64,000 bases of DNA from Oscillospiraceae bacterium (lineage in GTDB: Bacteria; Bacillota; Clostridia; Oscillospirales; CAG-272): contig SVQX01000001.1 in assembly GCA_015065065.1 (NCBI GenBank), forward strand, positions 30,698 through 94,697, read 5' to 3'. A model generated the notes under the pieces. That model worked only from the letters and a program-made list of their open reading frames with translations, had not been told where the DNA came from and ran no database searches. Within the stretch, counting starts at the first letter, position 1, and every line of letters starts with the position of its first letter. Below, piece by piece: positions 1-9,370 of the stretch. Position numbers and translations under genes: made by a program.

Positions 1-37
1 TTGATAGATATGAGTGAAGGGTGCGCAACTACCAACT

Positions 38-77
38 AAAAATCTCTCGCCGAGCAATTGCTCGGCGAGAGATTTTT
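38..77. terminator. bidirectional intrinsic terminator hairpin
   Basis: Perfect 14-bp stem atctctcgccgagc/gctcggcgagagat with an aatt loop, flanked by A5 and T5. It lies 1 nt beyond the stop of CDS 79..2358. Confidence 0.75.
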
Positions 78-78
78 G

Positions 79-2358
79 TTACCCTCCAATAATGCCGCGA
101 CGCTTCAGCACAAAATACACCAAAGCACCTACGATACCAAGAAGTACAACGAGAACGATAATTATAATGATAACTCCAAGCACACCCGCATCGTGGTCTG
201 CGCCCTTGACACAGATGTCCTTAATACCAAAGCACGCATTCTCCGCCTCAGGAGTATTAGCCGTAATGCTGATTATAAGCGTATCCTCGCCCTCCAGCTT
301 GCCGGAAAGCTCGGATATATCAAAGCTTACGTTCTGCCATACGCTTCCGCCAATACCGCTTGCCGTTGCCGAGTAAAGGATAGCTCCGTCCGAATCAGCC
401 ACGGCACCCTTGGAGGGACGAAGTATGCGAAGCGTGACGGAATTGCTTTTCGCCGCGCTTGCGGAGCTTCCCGCATACAGAGGCATTATGATCTCCTCCG
501 CGCCCTTGACAGCACTGCCGCTGACGGTTGCATATATTCCCTCGCTGTCGGTAAGCCTATCCGCATCCAACGACATATTAAGGTAAGACGTTCCGTATCC
601 CTCAGAATAAACGAACTCGGTGTATTTTACCCCAGCCGTGGGCTCAAATCCGTGCATATCTCCGTTAAAGCTGTAAAGCACGGGAACGCCCTTAGTGCTT
701 CCGTCGCTCTTTGCCGTTCCGCTCACCAGCTTCACGGGATGCGCCTTGTCCCCGAGGTTACTTGCAAGGCTGGTAAATGGCAATCCGATAGCCGCCGTAG
801 CAACGGACGTTGCCACGTCCGCACGGTCGGTATCCACCGCTTTGAATACCTCGTACAGCTTTTTGTGTCCCTTCAAGGCATCCGAACCGTAGTAAACGAT
901 TCCCGAGTTATCCCCGTCGGTGTCGTAGTGAGCGCTGTATACCATAGCCTCGATAATTTCCGATTCAAGCGCGCGGTAATACGCATAAACGTAGGACGCC
1001 GCCTGATTATCCTCCGAATCGCCCGAAATTTCAAAGCTATGTATCATAACTCCGCGCATATCGGTTTCATTGAATTTATATTTTTTAACGTCAAGCAGGT
1101 CGGCAACACGCGACAAAGTATCCGGCGTGATACTCTGAGGCGCGGTATTCTCCTCCCACACCACCGAGCCCTCGGTATACATACCGCAGGCGATATGCCA
1201 ATCGTAATCGCCGCGCACCTTTGCTTCGTTTGCAAACGCCGAGAGGAAGCTCTCGCCGTTCCATGCGGTCTCGGTATTCTTATTGCGCCAATTATCGTCG
1301 ATGGAAACGTATGCGTGTCCGTCCGAATTGTACGTGGCAAGTGCAGTATCTGCAAGACGCACAAGCTTTTCGTAGGTGGAGATGAACGTGGTCATGGAAA
1401 GTCCGCCACAGCTTGCATACCGTTTGGAATTGTTGACGTTTTTGCCTATTATGAACTTGTCGCAAAGACCGTTATCCTCCTCTGCCTTATCCGAATACCT
1501 CAAAGCAAGGAAATCAAACGCTCCCTCCATTCGGCGGGCAACGCCCGCAGATTCCATATTTACAAGATAGCTGCTTGCCTCGGCGGCATCGGGGAGGGCA
1601 AGCCCCGACACAGTATTTACCAGCTCGCCGTCAGCATTCTTCAGCACGAATTCAAGATAGACGTTCACGCCGTTGTCCGTATACGTCCTTACGAGCCCGT
1701 CAATACGTGCAAGCTCACTGCCACGCATATAGTACGTAACGCCGTCGTAAACGTAGGACACGGCATCATTCTCCCACGCGGATACAAGCAGATTCTCCAG
1801 CCGCACCTCGACCAGTGCGTGCGATACGCCAAGCTCCAATGCACCCGACACGCTGTCGGTTGCAAGTCCCTTGATGGATACCTCGGGAGCTTTTACCTCC
1901 TCCTTGTCCGACGGGCTGAAATTTATTGCAGCCAAGGGAGTAAGCACCGAATATTTCCCTTCATTCGCGTTATAGTACGCTACGGCAAAGGAGGAATACC
2001 TCCTCGTGCGCACACCGTCGTAAAGCGGGATCTCAAAATCCACCTTTGACTTAGCCTTGACTTCAGCCACGGGGTCCAGCTCGGCGGTGTCGCTGGCAAC
2101 GTCCATATCCGACGTGTATTCAAGCAGACACAGCTTTTCCCCCGAGGGTATCGACGACAGAGCGTTTTCGGTGAGCTGTGCCTTGACGGTTATTTTGTCC
2201 GCACCGTCACCCGTCAGTCGCACCTCCGTTATTTTATTTTCGGTTATGGGCTCGCTTTGAGCACACGCCGCGAGGCAGGAAAGCAGCATCAGCGCCGCCA
2301 AGCACGCCGCGCATATCCGCATGCCGCCCGATCTTTTCTGGAGCAAAAGCTTTTTCAT
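79..2358 (-). CDS. large secreted, membrane-anchored protein of unknown function
   Basis: 759-aa ORF with an N-terminal signal/lipobox-like LLSCLAAC and a C-terminal hydrophobic helix followed by KRRG. Composition is ordinary, unlike the antisense 663-aa ORF. It has only a weak, unverified resemblance to glycoside-hydrolase-like TIM-barrel exoproteins. Confidence 0.8.
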   Translation of the reverse strand: MKKLLLQKRSGGMRICAACLAALMLLSCLAACAQSEPITENKITEVRLTGDGADKITVKAQLTENALSSIPSGEKLCLLEYTSDMDVASDTAELDPVAEVKAKSKVDFEIPLYDGVRTRRYSSFAVAYYNANEGKYSVLTPLAAINFSPSDKEEVKAPEVSIKGLATDSVSGALELGVSHALVEVRLENLLVSAWENDAVSYVYDGVTYYMRGSELARIDGLVRTYTDNGVNVYLEFVLKNADGELVNTVSGLALPDAAEASSYLVNMESAGVARRMEGAFDFLALRYSDKAEEDNGLCDKFIIGKNVNNSKRYASCGGLSMTTFISTYEKLVRLADTALATYNSDGHAYVSIDDNWRNKNTETAWNGESFLSAFANEAKVRGDYDWHIACGMYTEGSVVWEENTAPQSITPDTLSRVADLLDVKKYKFNETDMRGVMIHSFEISGDSEDNQAASYVYAYYRALESEIIEAMVYSAHYDTDGDNSGIVYYGSDALKGHKKLYEVFKAVDTDRADVATSVATAAIGLPFTSLASNLGDKAHPVKLVSGTAKSDGSTKGVPVLYSFNGDMHGFEPTAGVKYTEFVYSEGYGTSYLNMSLDADRLTDSEGIYATVSGSAVKGAEEIIMPLYAGSSASAAKSNSVTLRILRPSKGAVADSDGAILYSATASGIGGSVWQNVSFDISELSGKLEGEDTLIISITANTPEAENACFGIKDICVKGADHDAGVLGVIIIIIVLVVLLGIVGALVYFVLKRRGIIGG

Positions 2359-2532
2359 TTCTTTATTCCTTTCGCAATTATTTTGCGCAAAACACTATAC
2401 ACAGTTAGTATAACACATATTTTTCCCTTTTGCAAGTGAAATGGAAAAATAATGTCGTATTTTCCCGCCTTTAATCCTCATATCCGCTTCATTTTTTGCA
2501 TATTATGTACGGATGAAAGGGGGTGGTGGAGC

Positions 2533-3138
2533 ATGAGATCCGACGCCAAAGCAAAAATATTGACACTTGCGATAGCGCTGGCGGTATGCATAGTCACGCT
2601 CTCGGGATGCATACCCACTGCCGAGCAGAGCTATCTCGCCTTTCGCGACGGCGATATTTCGGTACATGTCAAGGGCACGCTTGAGCTTGTGCGCGAGGAC
2701 GGCTACACCCCGCAGGGCGCAAATCCCGGAGAGGGATCGGACGGCAGAGCTATGGGATTTGAAGCAAAGCTGAGCATCATACATACGGACAGCAGTCGGA
2801 TATCGACGGTTGAGTTCATCTCCCCCGCCTCACTTAGCGGCTTAGAAATACATTACAGTGAAAGTGGAGTGAATTTCACGCTAAACGGTGAAAAAGACAT
2901 ATCAAGTGGAGATTTATCCCTGAAAATACCCAATATTTGCGACGCCTTTTACAACGGCGACATTATAACGTCGGTAATTCCGAGAGAAGACGGCTGGACC
3001 GAAATATATCTGTCCGAGGACGGCGGTCAGCCGATATCCATATACGCTTTCAAAAAAGGCGAGCTGCTCCCCTCTCGCATACAGACCACCACCGAAAATT
3101 TCAAGCTGGATCTTTGGAGCATCTTACCGACGGAATAA
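2533..3138 (+). CDS. putative lipoprotein, unknown function
   Basis: In-frame ATG at 2533 is preceded by gggggtgg. The product starts MRSDAKAKILTLAIALAVCIVTLSGC (signal plus lipobox). The 27 upstream codons of the tracked ORF have no RBS. Confidence 0.7.
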   Translation: MRSDAKAKILTLAIALAVCIVTLSGCIPTAEQSYLAFRDGDISVHVKGTLELVREDGYTPQGANPGEGSDGRAMGFEAKLSIIHTDSSRISTVEFISPASLSGLEIHYSESGVNFTLNGEKDISSGDLSLKIPNICDAFYNGDIITSVIPREDGWTEIYLSEDGGQPISIYAFKKGELLPSRIQTTTENFKLDLWSILPTE

Positions 3139-3206
3139 TAACAGCCCCTCGACCATCTTCAATTTTCCGTTTTTGCACACGCACAGCGCGGTGGGGCTTT
3201 GAATTT

Positions 3207-3237
3207 AAAAAATCCGCATTTTAATGCGGATTTTTTA
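3207..3237. terminator. bidirectional terminator between convergent genes
   Basis: aaaaaatccgca-ttttaa-tgcggatttttt hairpin with an A-run and a T-run. It lies between the stop at 3138 (+) and the stop at 3238 (-). Confidence 0.75.
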
Positions 3238-5406
3238 TTATTGCTTATAAGTCATTTCGCCGTAGGTGGGAAGCGGCCAGCAGTCGGACGCCACCATGGT
3301 TTCCATTTCGTCCACAGCCGCGCGAAGCGCATTCATAGCGGGAATGACCTTGTCGCGGAACAGTACCGCCGATTTCTGCGCGTTGCCCGCCGCCGTTGCC
3401 TCGGCATCAGCCGCGCGAAGCGCCGCGACACCGTTATACGCCTTAGCATTCAGCTTGGAGAGCTTGGAAATGATATCACGCTCCATAGACGCACATTCAG
3501 CTGTGCCAAGCACGTCCATCTTACCCTTTGCCGCACGGGCAAGAAGGTCAATATACGCCTCCACCCCGGGGATTATCTGGCGGCTTGCCATAACTATCAT
3601 GGTCTGCGCCTCAATGTTCAGCACCTTGGCATAGTTTTCGTAAAGAATCTCCCTACGGGATTTCAGCTCTACCTCGCTCAAGACACCGTGACGCTCAAAC
3701 AGCTCAACGCTCTTTTTATCCGTCAGACAAGCGCAAGCGTCAACCGTAGTTTTAAGGTTGCTCAGTCCGCGCTTTTTGGCTTCCTTAGTCCATTCGTCAG
3801 CATATCCGTTACCGTCGAATATGATACGCTTATGCGCCGTCAGCGTTTCCTTGATTATCTCTGCCACAGCAGCGCCGAAATCCTCTGCCGCCTCCAGCCT
3901 GTCCGCCATATCGCGGAACACCTCCGCCACTGCGGTATTAAGCACGATATTGGGCATGGCGATATTCTGCGTCGCTCCAAGGGAGCGGAATTCGAACTTA
4001 TTACCCGTAAACGCAAAGGGCGAGGTACGGTTTCTGTCGGTGGTATCCTTGCGGAAAACGGGAACGGTGGGAATACCCAGATTCATGTGGGACGCGCCCG
4101 CCTTATGGTATACCGTTCCGTCGATTATCGAATTAACGATAGCCTCCAGCTCCTCGCCGATAAACATGGAGATAATGGCGGGAGGTGCTTCATTTGATCC
4201 GAGTCTGTGGTCGTTGCCTGCCGACGCAACGGACAGGCGGAGCAGGTCCTGATACTCGTCCACCGCGCGCACAACAGCCGCAAGAATGAGCAAAAACTGC
4301 GCGTTCTCCTCGGGTGTCTTACCCGGATCGAGCAGATTTTTGCCCTTATCGGTAGACAGCGACCAGTTGTTGTGCTTGCCCGAGCCGTTCATACCCGCAT
4401 ACGGCTTTTCCGCAAGCAGACATTCCATGCCGTGACGGCGGGCAATTATCTTCATGTATTCCATGATGATAAGATTCTGGTCCACCGCCATATTGGTAGT
4501 CACGTACAGCGGCGCAAGCTCGTGCTGCGAGGGGGCTGCCTCGTTGTGCTTGGTTTTTGCGTTGATACCCAGCTTCCACAGCTCCATATCCAGCTCTGCC
4601 ATGAACGCCGCAACCTTTGGCTTGAGAGGACCGAAATAATGATCGTCCATCTCCTGCCCTTTGGGTGCAGGCGCACCGAACAGCGTTCTGCCGCAGTAAA
4701 TAAGATCCTTGCGTTTATCAAAATACTCTTTGTTTATAAGAAAATATTCCTGCTCTGCGCCGACGGTGGTGATAACGCGCTTTGTAGTTGTATCACCGAA
4801 GAGTCGGATGATACGGAGCGCCTGCTCGCTGATAGCGTGCATGGAACGGAGCAAGGGAGTTTTGGTATCCAGCGCCTCGCCCGTATACGAGCAGAATGCA
4901 GTGGGAATAAACAGCGTACCGTCCTTAACAAAGGCGTAGGACGCGGGGTCCCATGCGGTATATCCTCTCGCCTCAAAGGTCGCGCGAAGTCCGCCCGAGG
5001 GGAAGGAGGAAGCGTCCGACTCGCCGCGGATAAGCTCCTTGCCGTTGAACTCCATTACCACCTTGTCACCCGGGACGGGGGCGATAAATGCGTCGTGCTT
5101 TTCGGCGGTAACGCCCGTCAGCGGCTGAAACCAATGGGTAAAGTGTGTTGCGCCCTTCTCTATCGCCCAATCCTTCATGGCGTTTGCAACAACGTCGGCA
5201 ATGGCAGGGTCTATCGCCTTACCCGTGGCGATAGTCTTGGTCAGCGACTTATATACCTCTCTCGGAAGCCGCTGTCGCATGACCTCGTCGTTGAACACCA
5301 TGCTGCCGAACAGCATGGGAACGTTTTTATTCATAGACACGTTCTGCACGCCGCCCACAGATGAATTCTGATCGGTATTTACTGTTGTGTAGGTCGTTGC
5401 GATCAT
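3238..5406 (-). CDS. glnN: glutamine synthetase, type III
   Basis: 722 aa. It carries the blocks [13 protein letters not shown] and [10 protein letters not shown], and the overall length is typical of GS-III. RBS gaaagga lies upstream of the ATG. Confidence 0.9.
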   Translation of the reverse strand: MIATTYTTVNTDQNSSVGGVQNVSMNKNVPMLFGSMVFNDEVMRQRLPREVYKSLTKTIATGKAIDPAIADVVANAMKDWAIEKGATHFTHWFQPLTGVTAEKHDAFIAPVPGDKVVMEFNGKELIRGESDASSFPSGGLRATFEARGYTAWDPASYAFVKDGTLFIPTAFCSYTGEALDTKTPLLRSMHAISEQALRIIRLFGDTTTKRVITTVGAEQEYFLINKEYFDKRKDLIYCGRTLFGAPAPKGQEMDDHYFGPLKPKVAAFMAELDMELWKLGINAKTKHNEAAPSQHELAPLYVTTNMAVDQNLIIMEYMKIIARRHGMECLLAEKPYAGMNGSGKHNNWSLSTDKGKNLLDPGKTPEENAQFLLILAAVVRAVDEYQDLLRLSVASAGNDHRLGSNEAPPAIISMFIGEELEAIVNSIIDGTVYHKAGASHMNLGIPTVPVFRKDTTDRNRTSPFAFTGNKFEFRSLGATQNIAMPNIVLNTAVAEVFRDMADRLEAAEDFGAAVAEIIKETLTAHKRIIFDGNGYADEWTKEAKKRGLSNLKTTVDACACLTDKKSVELFERHGVLSEVELKSRREILYENYAKVLNIEAQTMIVMASRQIIPGVEAYIDLLARAAKGKMDVLGTAECASMERDIISKLSKLNAKAYNGVAALRAADAEATAAGNAQKSAVLFRDKVIPAMNALRAAVDEMETMVASDCWPLPTYGEMTYKQ

Positions 5407-5439
5407 AGCGGTTTTCCTTTCTTGTCTTTATTAAAACTG

Positions 5440-5488
5440 ATAAGGGCAAAGACACCCAGCAAATCGTCGCTCACGGCTCTGCCCTTAT
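5440..5488 (-). promoter_or_regulatory. 5' leader stem-loop of the glnN transcript
   Basis: 9-bp arms ataagggca/tgcccttat enclose 31 nt. The structure starts about at the predicted TSS and is followed by cagtttt. Function is unknown. Confidence 0.4.
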
Positions 5489-5495
5489 GGCACTT

Positions 5496-5524
5496 ATTAT
5501 AAAACATTTTTCTCTCTTTGTCAA
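5496..5524 (-). promoter_or_regulatory. sigma-A type promoter of glnN
   Basis: On the minus strand: TTGACA (5519..5524), 17 nt, TATAAT (5496..5501). Confidence 0.6.
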
Positions 5525-5545
5525 GGGGTTTTTGCTCATTTAATG

Positions 5546-6055
5546 TCATATTTTGCCATGGGAAAACAGCATAACGCCGTTTCGTATTTCAAGCGTCCCG
5601 AAATCCCCCTCAAGCAGGCTGCCGGGGTTGAAGACCTCAAGCGCCTTCTCAGCCGGGTTCCCGTCGATACGGAAATGCTCGCGCGTGTGAGTATGACCGA
5701 ATATGAGCGCATCGGCATCTACCTCACGCGCGGCATATATTGCGGAGGTCAGTGAATATTTCACTCCCCTCGTGTGTCCGTGCATCATTAATATCCGTTT
5801 ACCGTCAAGGTTTATCACGCGCTCGTCGGGTACGTCCTCCGTAAAGCCCGAGGGATATGTCAGCCGTCTGAAGCTGTCCCAATTACCGCCTACAGCGAAA
5901 AGATTGACGTTTTCCGAAAGGTAGGACAAGGAGCGCAGTCCGTCACCGCAGAACAACAGCGCATCTGGGCGGCGCACCTGTCTTTTTTGCACCTCGTCAA
6001 GGGCTGTCGTTCTGTTGTGAATATCCGAAATTATCAGATAGCTTGAGCTGTACAT
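5546..6055 (-). CDS. metallophosphoesterase, YfcE/MJ0936 family
   Basis: Start trimmed to the ATG at 6055, preceded by aaggaggga. Motifs seen: ISDIHN, CGDG, GNWD, MHGH, GHTH. Confidence 0.85.
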   Translation of the reverse strand: MYSSSYLIISDIHNRTTALDEVQKRQVRRPDALLFCGDGLRSLSYLSENVNLFAVGGNWDSFRRLTYPSGFTEDVPDERVINLDGKRILMMHGHTRGVKYSLTSAIYAAREVDADALIFGHTHTREHFRIDGNPAEKALEVFNPGSLLEGDFGTLEIRNGVMLFSHGKI

Positions 6056-6196
6056 GACATTTCCCTCCTTTTTCACCGTCATAATCAATATACCACATTT
6101 CACGTTTCCTGTCAACAGGAAAGACAATTCACAAAACCCACACGCAGAGAATACTATGTAACGAAGGAAAATACGCACACAGGAGGCATGACACAC

Positions 6197-6418
6197 ATGG
6201 AGCTTGACAGAACACAGCTACAGCGGCTTTTGGCACTTGACGACGAGAGATTTAAAAAGGTACTGCTTGGTCTTGCGCGCGAATACGGGATCGACACGTC
6301 TGCTATCAGCGTGGGCAAGGAGGATATCGCACGCCTTCGACTTATCCTTTCCACCGCAAGTGAAAACGACATTCAGAATCTCATAAGCGGCTTCAAAAAC
6401 GGAGGTGGCAGGGCATGA
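6197..6418 (+). CDS. small helical protein, unknown function
   Basis: 73 aa. The second ATG (6197) lies 10 nt after aggagg; the first ATG is only 1 nt from it. The stop overlaps the next start as ATGA. Confidence 0.6.
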   Translation: MELDRTQLQRLLALDDERFKKVLLGLAREYGIDTSAISVGKEDIARLRLILSTASENDIQNLISGFKNGGGRA

Positions 6419-6810
6419 CGGAGGACCTCTCCTCCCTTTTGGGAAAGCTGATAGAGGAAGCGGAGGGAGAAAATTCAGTCCCCGCAAATAATTCAATCCC
6501 CGCGTCGGCGATGGACGGCGGCGGACTTTTCGGCTCGCTTTTGTCAAATCCCGAAATGCTCTCAAGGCTACCCACCATAATGAACGCGGCAAGCGGATTT
6601 TTGGGTGGCGGCAAGGGCGGAGGTCGTCATGGCGGTCACCACACCGCCCTGCTCTGCGCCCTAAAGCCGTATCTTAACAGTGACCGACAGCGGGCGGCGG
6701 AATATATGATCAATTTTCTGCGGATAGAGGAGGCCTTTCGCTCAATTCCCCAAGCCCCCGCCACAGGCAAGAAGGAGATCGAAAATGTACAGCAAAGCAT
6801 TGAGCAATAA
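6415..6810 (+). CDS. Gly-rich small protein, unknown function
   Basis: 131 aa with RBS ggaggtgg 6 nt upstream. It overlaps the preceding gene as ATGA. The C-terminal block is LLCALKPYLNSDRQRAAEYMINFL. Confidence 0.6.
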   Translation: MTEDLSSLLGKLIEEAEGENSVPANNSIPASAMDGGGLFGSLLSNPEMLSRLPTIMNAASGFLGGGKGGGRHGGHHTALLCALKPYLNSDRQRAAEYMINFLRIEEAFRSIPQAPATGKKEIENVQQSIEQ

Positions 6811-7279
6811 GGATATGTGGCGACGATCAGCTCCACCCGACGTAAAGCTCACCGAGCGCGACGGAGTGCGCTTGCCCGTCAACTACAAGGGCACTGCGTT
6901 CAACTCGGACGGCACGTATTCGAGGACGTACACGGCAAGGGCAAAGGACACTGCCGTCCCAACCGTCGAGACCGTCGAGCAAGCCGAGCCGAGTCCTGAG
7001 AAGGTCGTACGAGAAATCGAGCTACCGCCTCCACCTCCTAAGGACGAAAAGAAGGCGGACGAAAGCAAGCCCGCCGGACTTTCCGACCTTTTGCGCAGTC
7101 TTGGCGGCGGTATGGCAAATTCCAAGGGCTTTCCGTTTGGACACGGTATCGGCTTCGAGGAATTGTTGCTTTTAGGACTCATACTCTTTATCTCCGACGA
7201 CGGCAACAGCTCGGGCTGCAGTAAGGAGGAGCAGGATTTGACCCGACTTTTGCTCGCCGCGCTTTTATTCTGCGGCTGA
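6785..7279 (+). CDS. Pro/Lys-rich protein with C-terminal hydrophobic segments, unknown function
   Basis: 164 aa with RBS aaggaga 6 nt upstream. It overlaps the previous gene by 26 nt. It has a PPPPPKDEKK linker and the hydrophobic segments LLLLGLILFI and LLLAALLFCG. Confidence 0.6.
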   Translation: MYSKALSNKDMWRRSAPPDVKLTERDGVRLPVNYKGTAFNSDGTYSRTYTARAKDTAVPTVETVEQAEPSPEKVVREIELPPPPPKDEKKADESKPAGLSDLLRSLGGGMANSKGFPFGHGIGFEELLLLGLILFISDDGNSSGCSKEEQDLTRLLLAALLFCG

Positions 7280-7300
7280 CAAAAATTTTTCGCCTTTCTC

Positions 7301-7329
7301 TTGACAGTCAGAGTCACTTGTGCTATACT
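7301..7329 (+). promoter_or_regulatory. sigma-A type promoter
   Basis: TTGACA (7301..7306), 17 nt, TATACT (7324..7329), with a TGn extension. Confidence 0.55.
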
Positions 7330-7358
7330 TACCTTTGTTAAAAATCTTGGAGGCAAGT

Positions 7359-7877
7359 GTGACACCTGTAGAAATTGTTGCCCACTCTCTGAGCGTGGTC
7401 GCCGTTATCTTAACTCTCATATCTTACCAGCTCCGCACGCAAAAGCAAATAATCCTTGTGCTGACGCTGGCAACGTCGCTGTTTATCGTACATTATTTCC
7501 TCATGGGCGCTTATCCCGGAGCGATACTCAATATCGTTTGCATAATACGAAATATCATTTATTATTTCAAAAAGACGGTCAAACCCTTGGCACACAAGGC
7601 GATACCCTACGTTCTCGCGGTGATCATCGCAGGACTCGGCGCACTGTCGTGGACGGGACCCGAAACGCTGCTCGTCCTTTTCGGACTTGCGATAAACACG
7701 GTGTTTATGTCAGTTGACAATCCACAGCTTCTCCGCAAGAGTCTGCTGCTTACCTGCACAATGATACTTATTTATAACGCGACTGTTCCTTCGTGGGGAG
7801 GAATGGTCAACGAAAGCATTGCGATCACCTCGGCGATAATCGGACTTATACGATACAGAAAAAAGCGCGAAGCATAA
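7359..7877 (+). CDS. YgjV-family inner membrane protein
   Basis: GTG at 7359 lies 5 nt after ggagg; the tracked start at 7320 lies inside the promoter. The product is a polytopic membrane protein resembling YgjV. Confidence 0.7.
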   Translation: MTPVEIVAHSLSVVAVILTLISYQLRTQKQIILVLTLATSLFIVHYFLMGAYPGAILNIVCIIRNIIYYFKKTVKPLAHKAIPYVLAVIIAGLGALSWTGPETLLVLFGLAINTVFMSVDNPQLLRKSLLLTCTMILIYNATVPSWGGMVNESIAITSAIIGLIRYRKKREA

Positions 7878-8252
7878 TAGCAAGAGCCACCTGCTAAAAT
7901 GGGCGTGCCCGATAACGCAGTTTTAAAAAAAGCACTTATGGTGAACGATGAAAATCGTCTGCCATAAGTGCTTTTGCGTTACTTGGGTCAAGAATATTCC
8001 TGATAGTAAAGTGAAATGTTTTGCTTTCGCAAAACGTGAAATAATGTTCTGCGAACATTGTGAAATATCTCGCTTCGCTCAATGTGAAATGAAATTTGCT
8101 CACGTTTGCGTAGCGAACATTTCACATTTGCATAGCAAATATTTCACCGCGCAGCGATTTCACTTGCCCGAATGGGCAAATTTCGTTAATAGGCGCACTC
8201 GAAAACTGCGTTTTCGAGTGCGCCTATTTTAGCAGGTGGCTCTTGCTATTAT
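7874..8252. repeat. inverted-repeat-bounded element with a phased GTGAAAT/hairpin array
   Basis: The 27-bp perfect IR ataatagcaagagccacctgctaaaat occupies 7874..7900 and 8226..8252. GTGAAAT occurs at 8011, 8036, 8060 and 8084. ATTTCAC occurs at 8119, 8141 and 8157. The spacers are palindromic. There are also hairpins at 7914..7980 and 8191..8225. Confidence 0.85.
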
Positions 8253-8791
8253 ATCCTTTTCATAAGCTTAGGTAAAAGCTGTGACAGCGGAAGGATAAGC
8301 AATCCCGCTACCGCGTTGCCTACGCAGTGCACGATATCGAAGGGCAAGCCGGCTACTATCCAAGCAACCGTCTGCTCAAAATCAAATCCGAACATAAGCG
8401 CCTGCGCGGGAGCGTAAAGCGTGCCGTACAGAAGTCCGTGAAGCGCGCACACCGTAGGATAGACCACGGCGGCGACCTTGGGGGAAATATTTTTCGGGAT
8501 AAGCATAGTCATACCCCACAGCACCGTCCATATATACAGATACGGCATCCACCAGAGATTAAATCCCGCGATCACTCCGTTGAGCATAACGTAAAGATAA
8601 ATGGGGATAAGTCCCTTTGCTCTGAAAACGATAGCGCACAGCATTGTAAACATTCCGAGCAGGTGAATGTTTGGCAAAAACTCCATTATCAGCTTTGAGC
8701 AGAGCATAAGTGCGGCAATCATGGCAAAAACGCACATTTCCAATATGCGTCGCGCCCATTTATGGGCTCTGCCTCTTGCGCTCTCGTTCAT
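8249..8791 (-). CDS. ECF-type substrate-capture (S-component-like) membrane protein
   Basis: About 180 aa and polytopic. The start is taken at the ATG (8791) that follows the upstream stop by 1 nt, after aaaggga; the tracked start at 8848 overlaps the upstream gene by 56 nt. It is co-oriented with the DUF4430 gene. Confidence 0.6.
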   Translation of the reverse strand: MNESARGRAHKWARRILEMCVFAMIAALMLCSKLIMEFLPNIHLLGMFTMLCAIVFRAKGLIPIYLYVMLNGVIAGFNLWWMPYLYIWTVLWGMTMLIPKNISPKVAAVVYPTVCALHGLLYGTLYAPAQALMFGFDFEQTVAWIVAGLPFDIVHCVGNAVAGLLILPLSQLLPKLMKRI

Positions 8792-8792
8792 A

Positions 8793-9335
8793 TCATCCCT
8801 TTGTGTAGACAAGCTCGTACTGCTCCACTCCCTCAACGGGTGCTTCATCAGCTCCGACCATCATGTAGTCGCCGTTTTTATAAAAGCCCCAGTAAGCCTT
8901 CTCGGTGTTCCAATCCAGCTTCATGCCGTTGACGGTATCAAAGAAGGATGCGTCGTTGATAAGTCCCAGCTCAAACAGTGCCTCGCCAAGGTTATCCTTG
9001 TCGGTATTGACAGTCAGGGTTATCTGATAATCCTCCGTTTTGACAATTACTTTTATTTGGTTTTTGCCCTCGCCAAGCTGAGTGTCCTTTGTATAGGTCG
9101 CGCTATTCCAATGGCTGTCAGCGGCAAAGGTCTCCGCCTCCGTGGTTTGCTCGGCAGTGGTTTGAGCGGTGGTTTCAGCCGTTGTGCTGCTTTCGGTAGC
9201 CGCGGCGGTGGTAGTAGTTGCTTCGGTGGTGGTAGCTGCCTCGGTGGTACTGTCACCCGAGCCGAGGCTGCACGCTGACATGCTGACGCAAAGAACAAGC
9301 GCCAGCAGTGCGAGAAGTGTTGTGATTCTTTTCAT
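8793..9335 (-). CDS. DUF4430-domain lipoprotein (putative cobalamin-binding)
   Basis: Signal plus lipobox (VSMSAC), then a Thr/Ala/Glu-rich linker. The C-terminal block AYWGFYKNGDYMMVGADEAPVEGVEQYELVY is typical of DUF4430. Confidence 0.7.
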   Translation of the reverse strand: MKRITTLLALLALVLCVSMSACSLGSGDSTTEAATTTEATTTTAAATESSTTAETTAQTTAEQTTEAETFAADSHWNSATYTKDTQLGEGKNQIKVIVKTEDYQITLTVNTDKDNLGEALFELGLINDASFFDTVNGMKLDWNTEKAYWGFYKNGDYMMVGADEAPVEGVEQYELVYTKG

Positions 9336-9370
9336 TTGTTGTTTCCTTTCGTGCTTTTCACAAGAAGGAT

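Noticed and set aside
58-2049. 663-aa plus-strand ORF
   Set aside because: It is the antisense shadow of the well-formed 759-aa secreted protein gene (79..2358). Its composition is Arg/His/Cys/Ile-rich with no RBS and no recognisable motifs.
8011-8163. Possible CRISPR array
   Set aside because: The repeats are only 7-8 bp with 16-18-bp palindromic spacers, and half of the copies are inverted. No cas genes or leader are present. This does not fit the CRISPR architecture.
7948-8232. 94-aa ORF inside the GTGAAAT array (MKIVCHKCF...CEHCEISRFAQCEMKFAH...)
   Set aside because: The periodic Cys/Glu/Phe pattern is simply the translated heptamer/palindrome array. It has no RBS and lies between two convergent gene ends.
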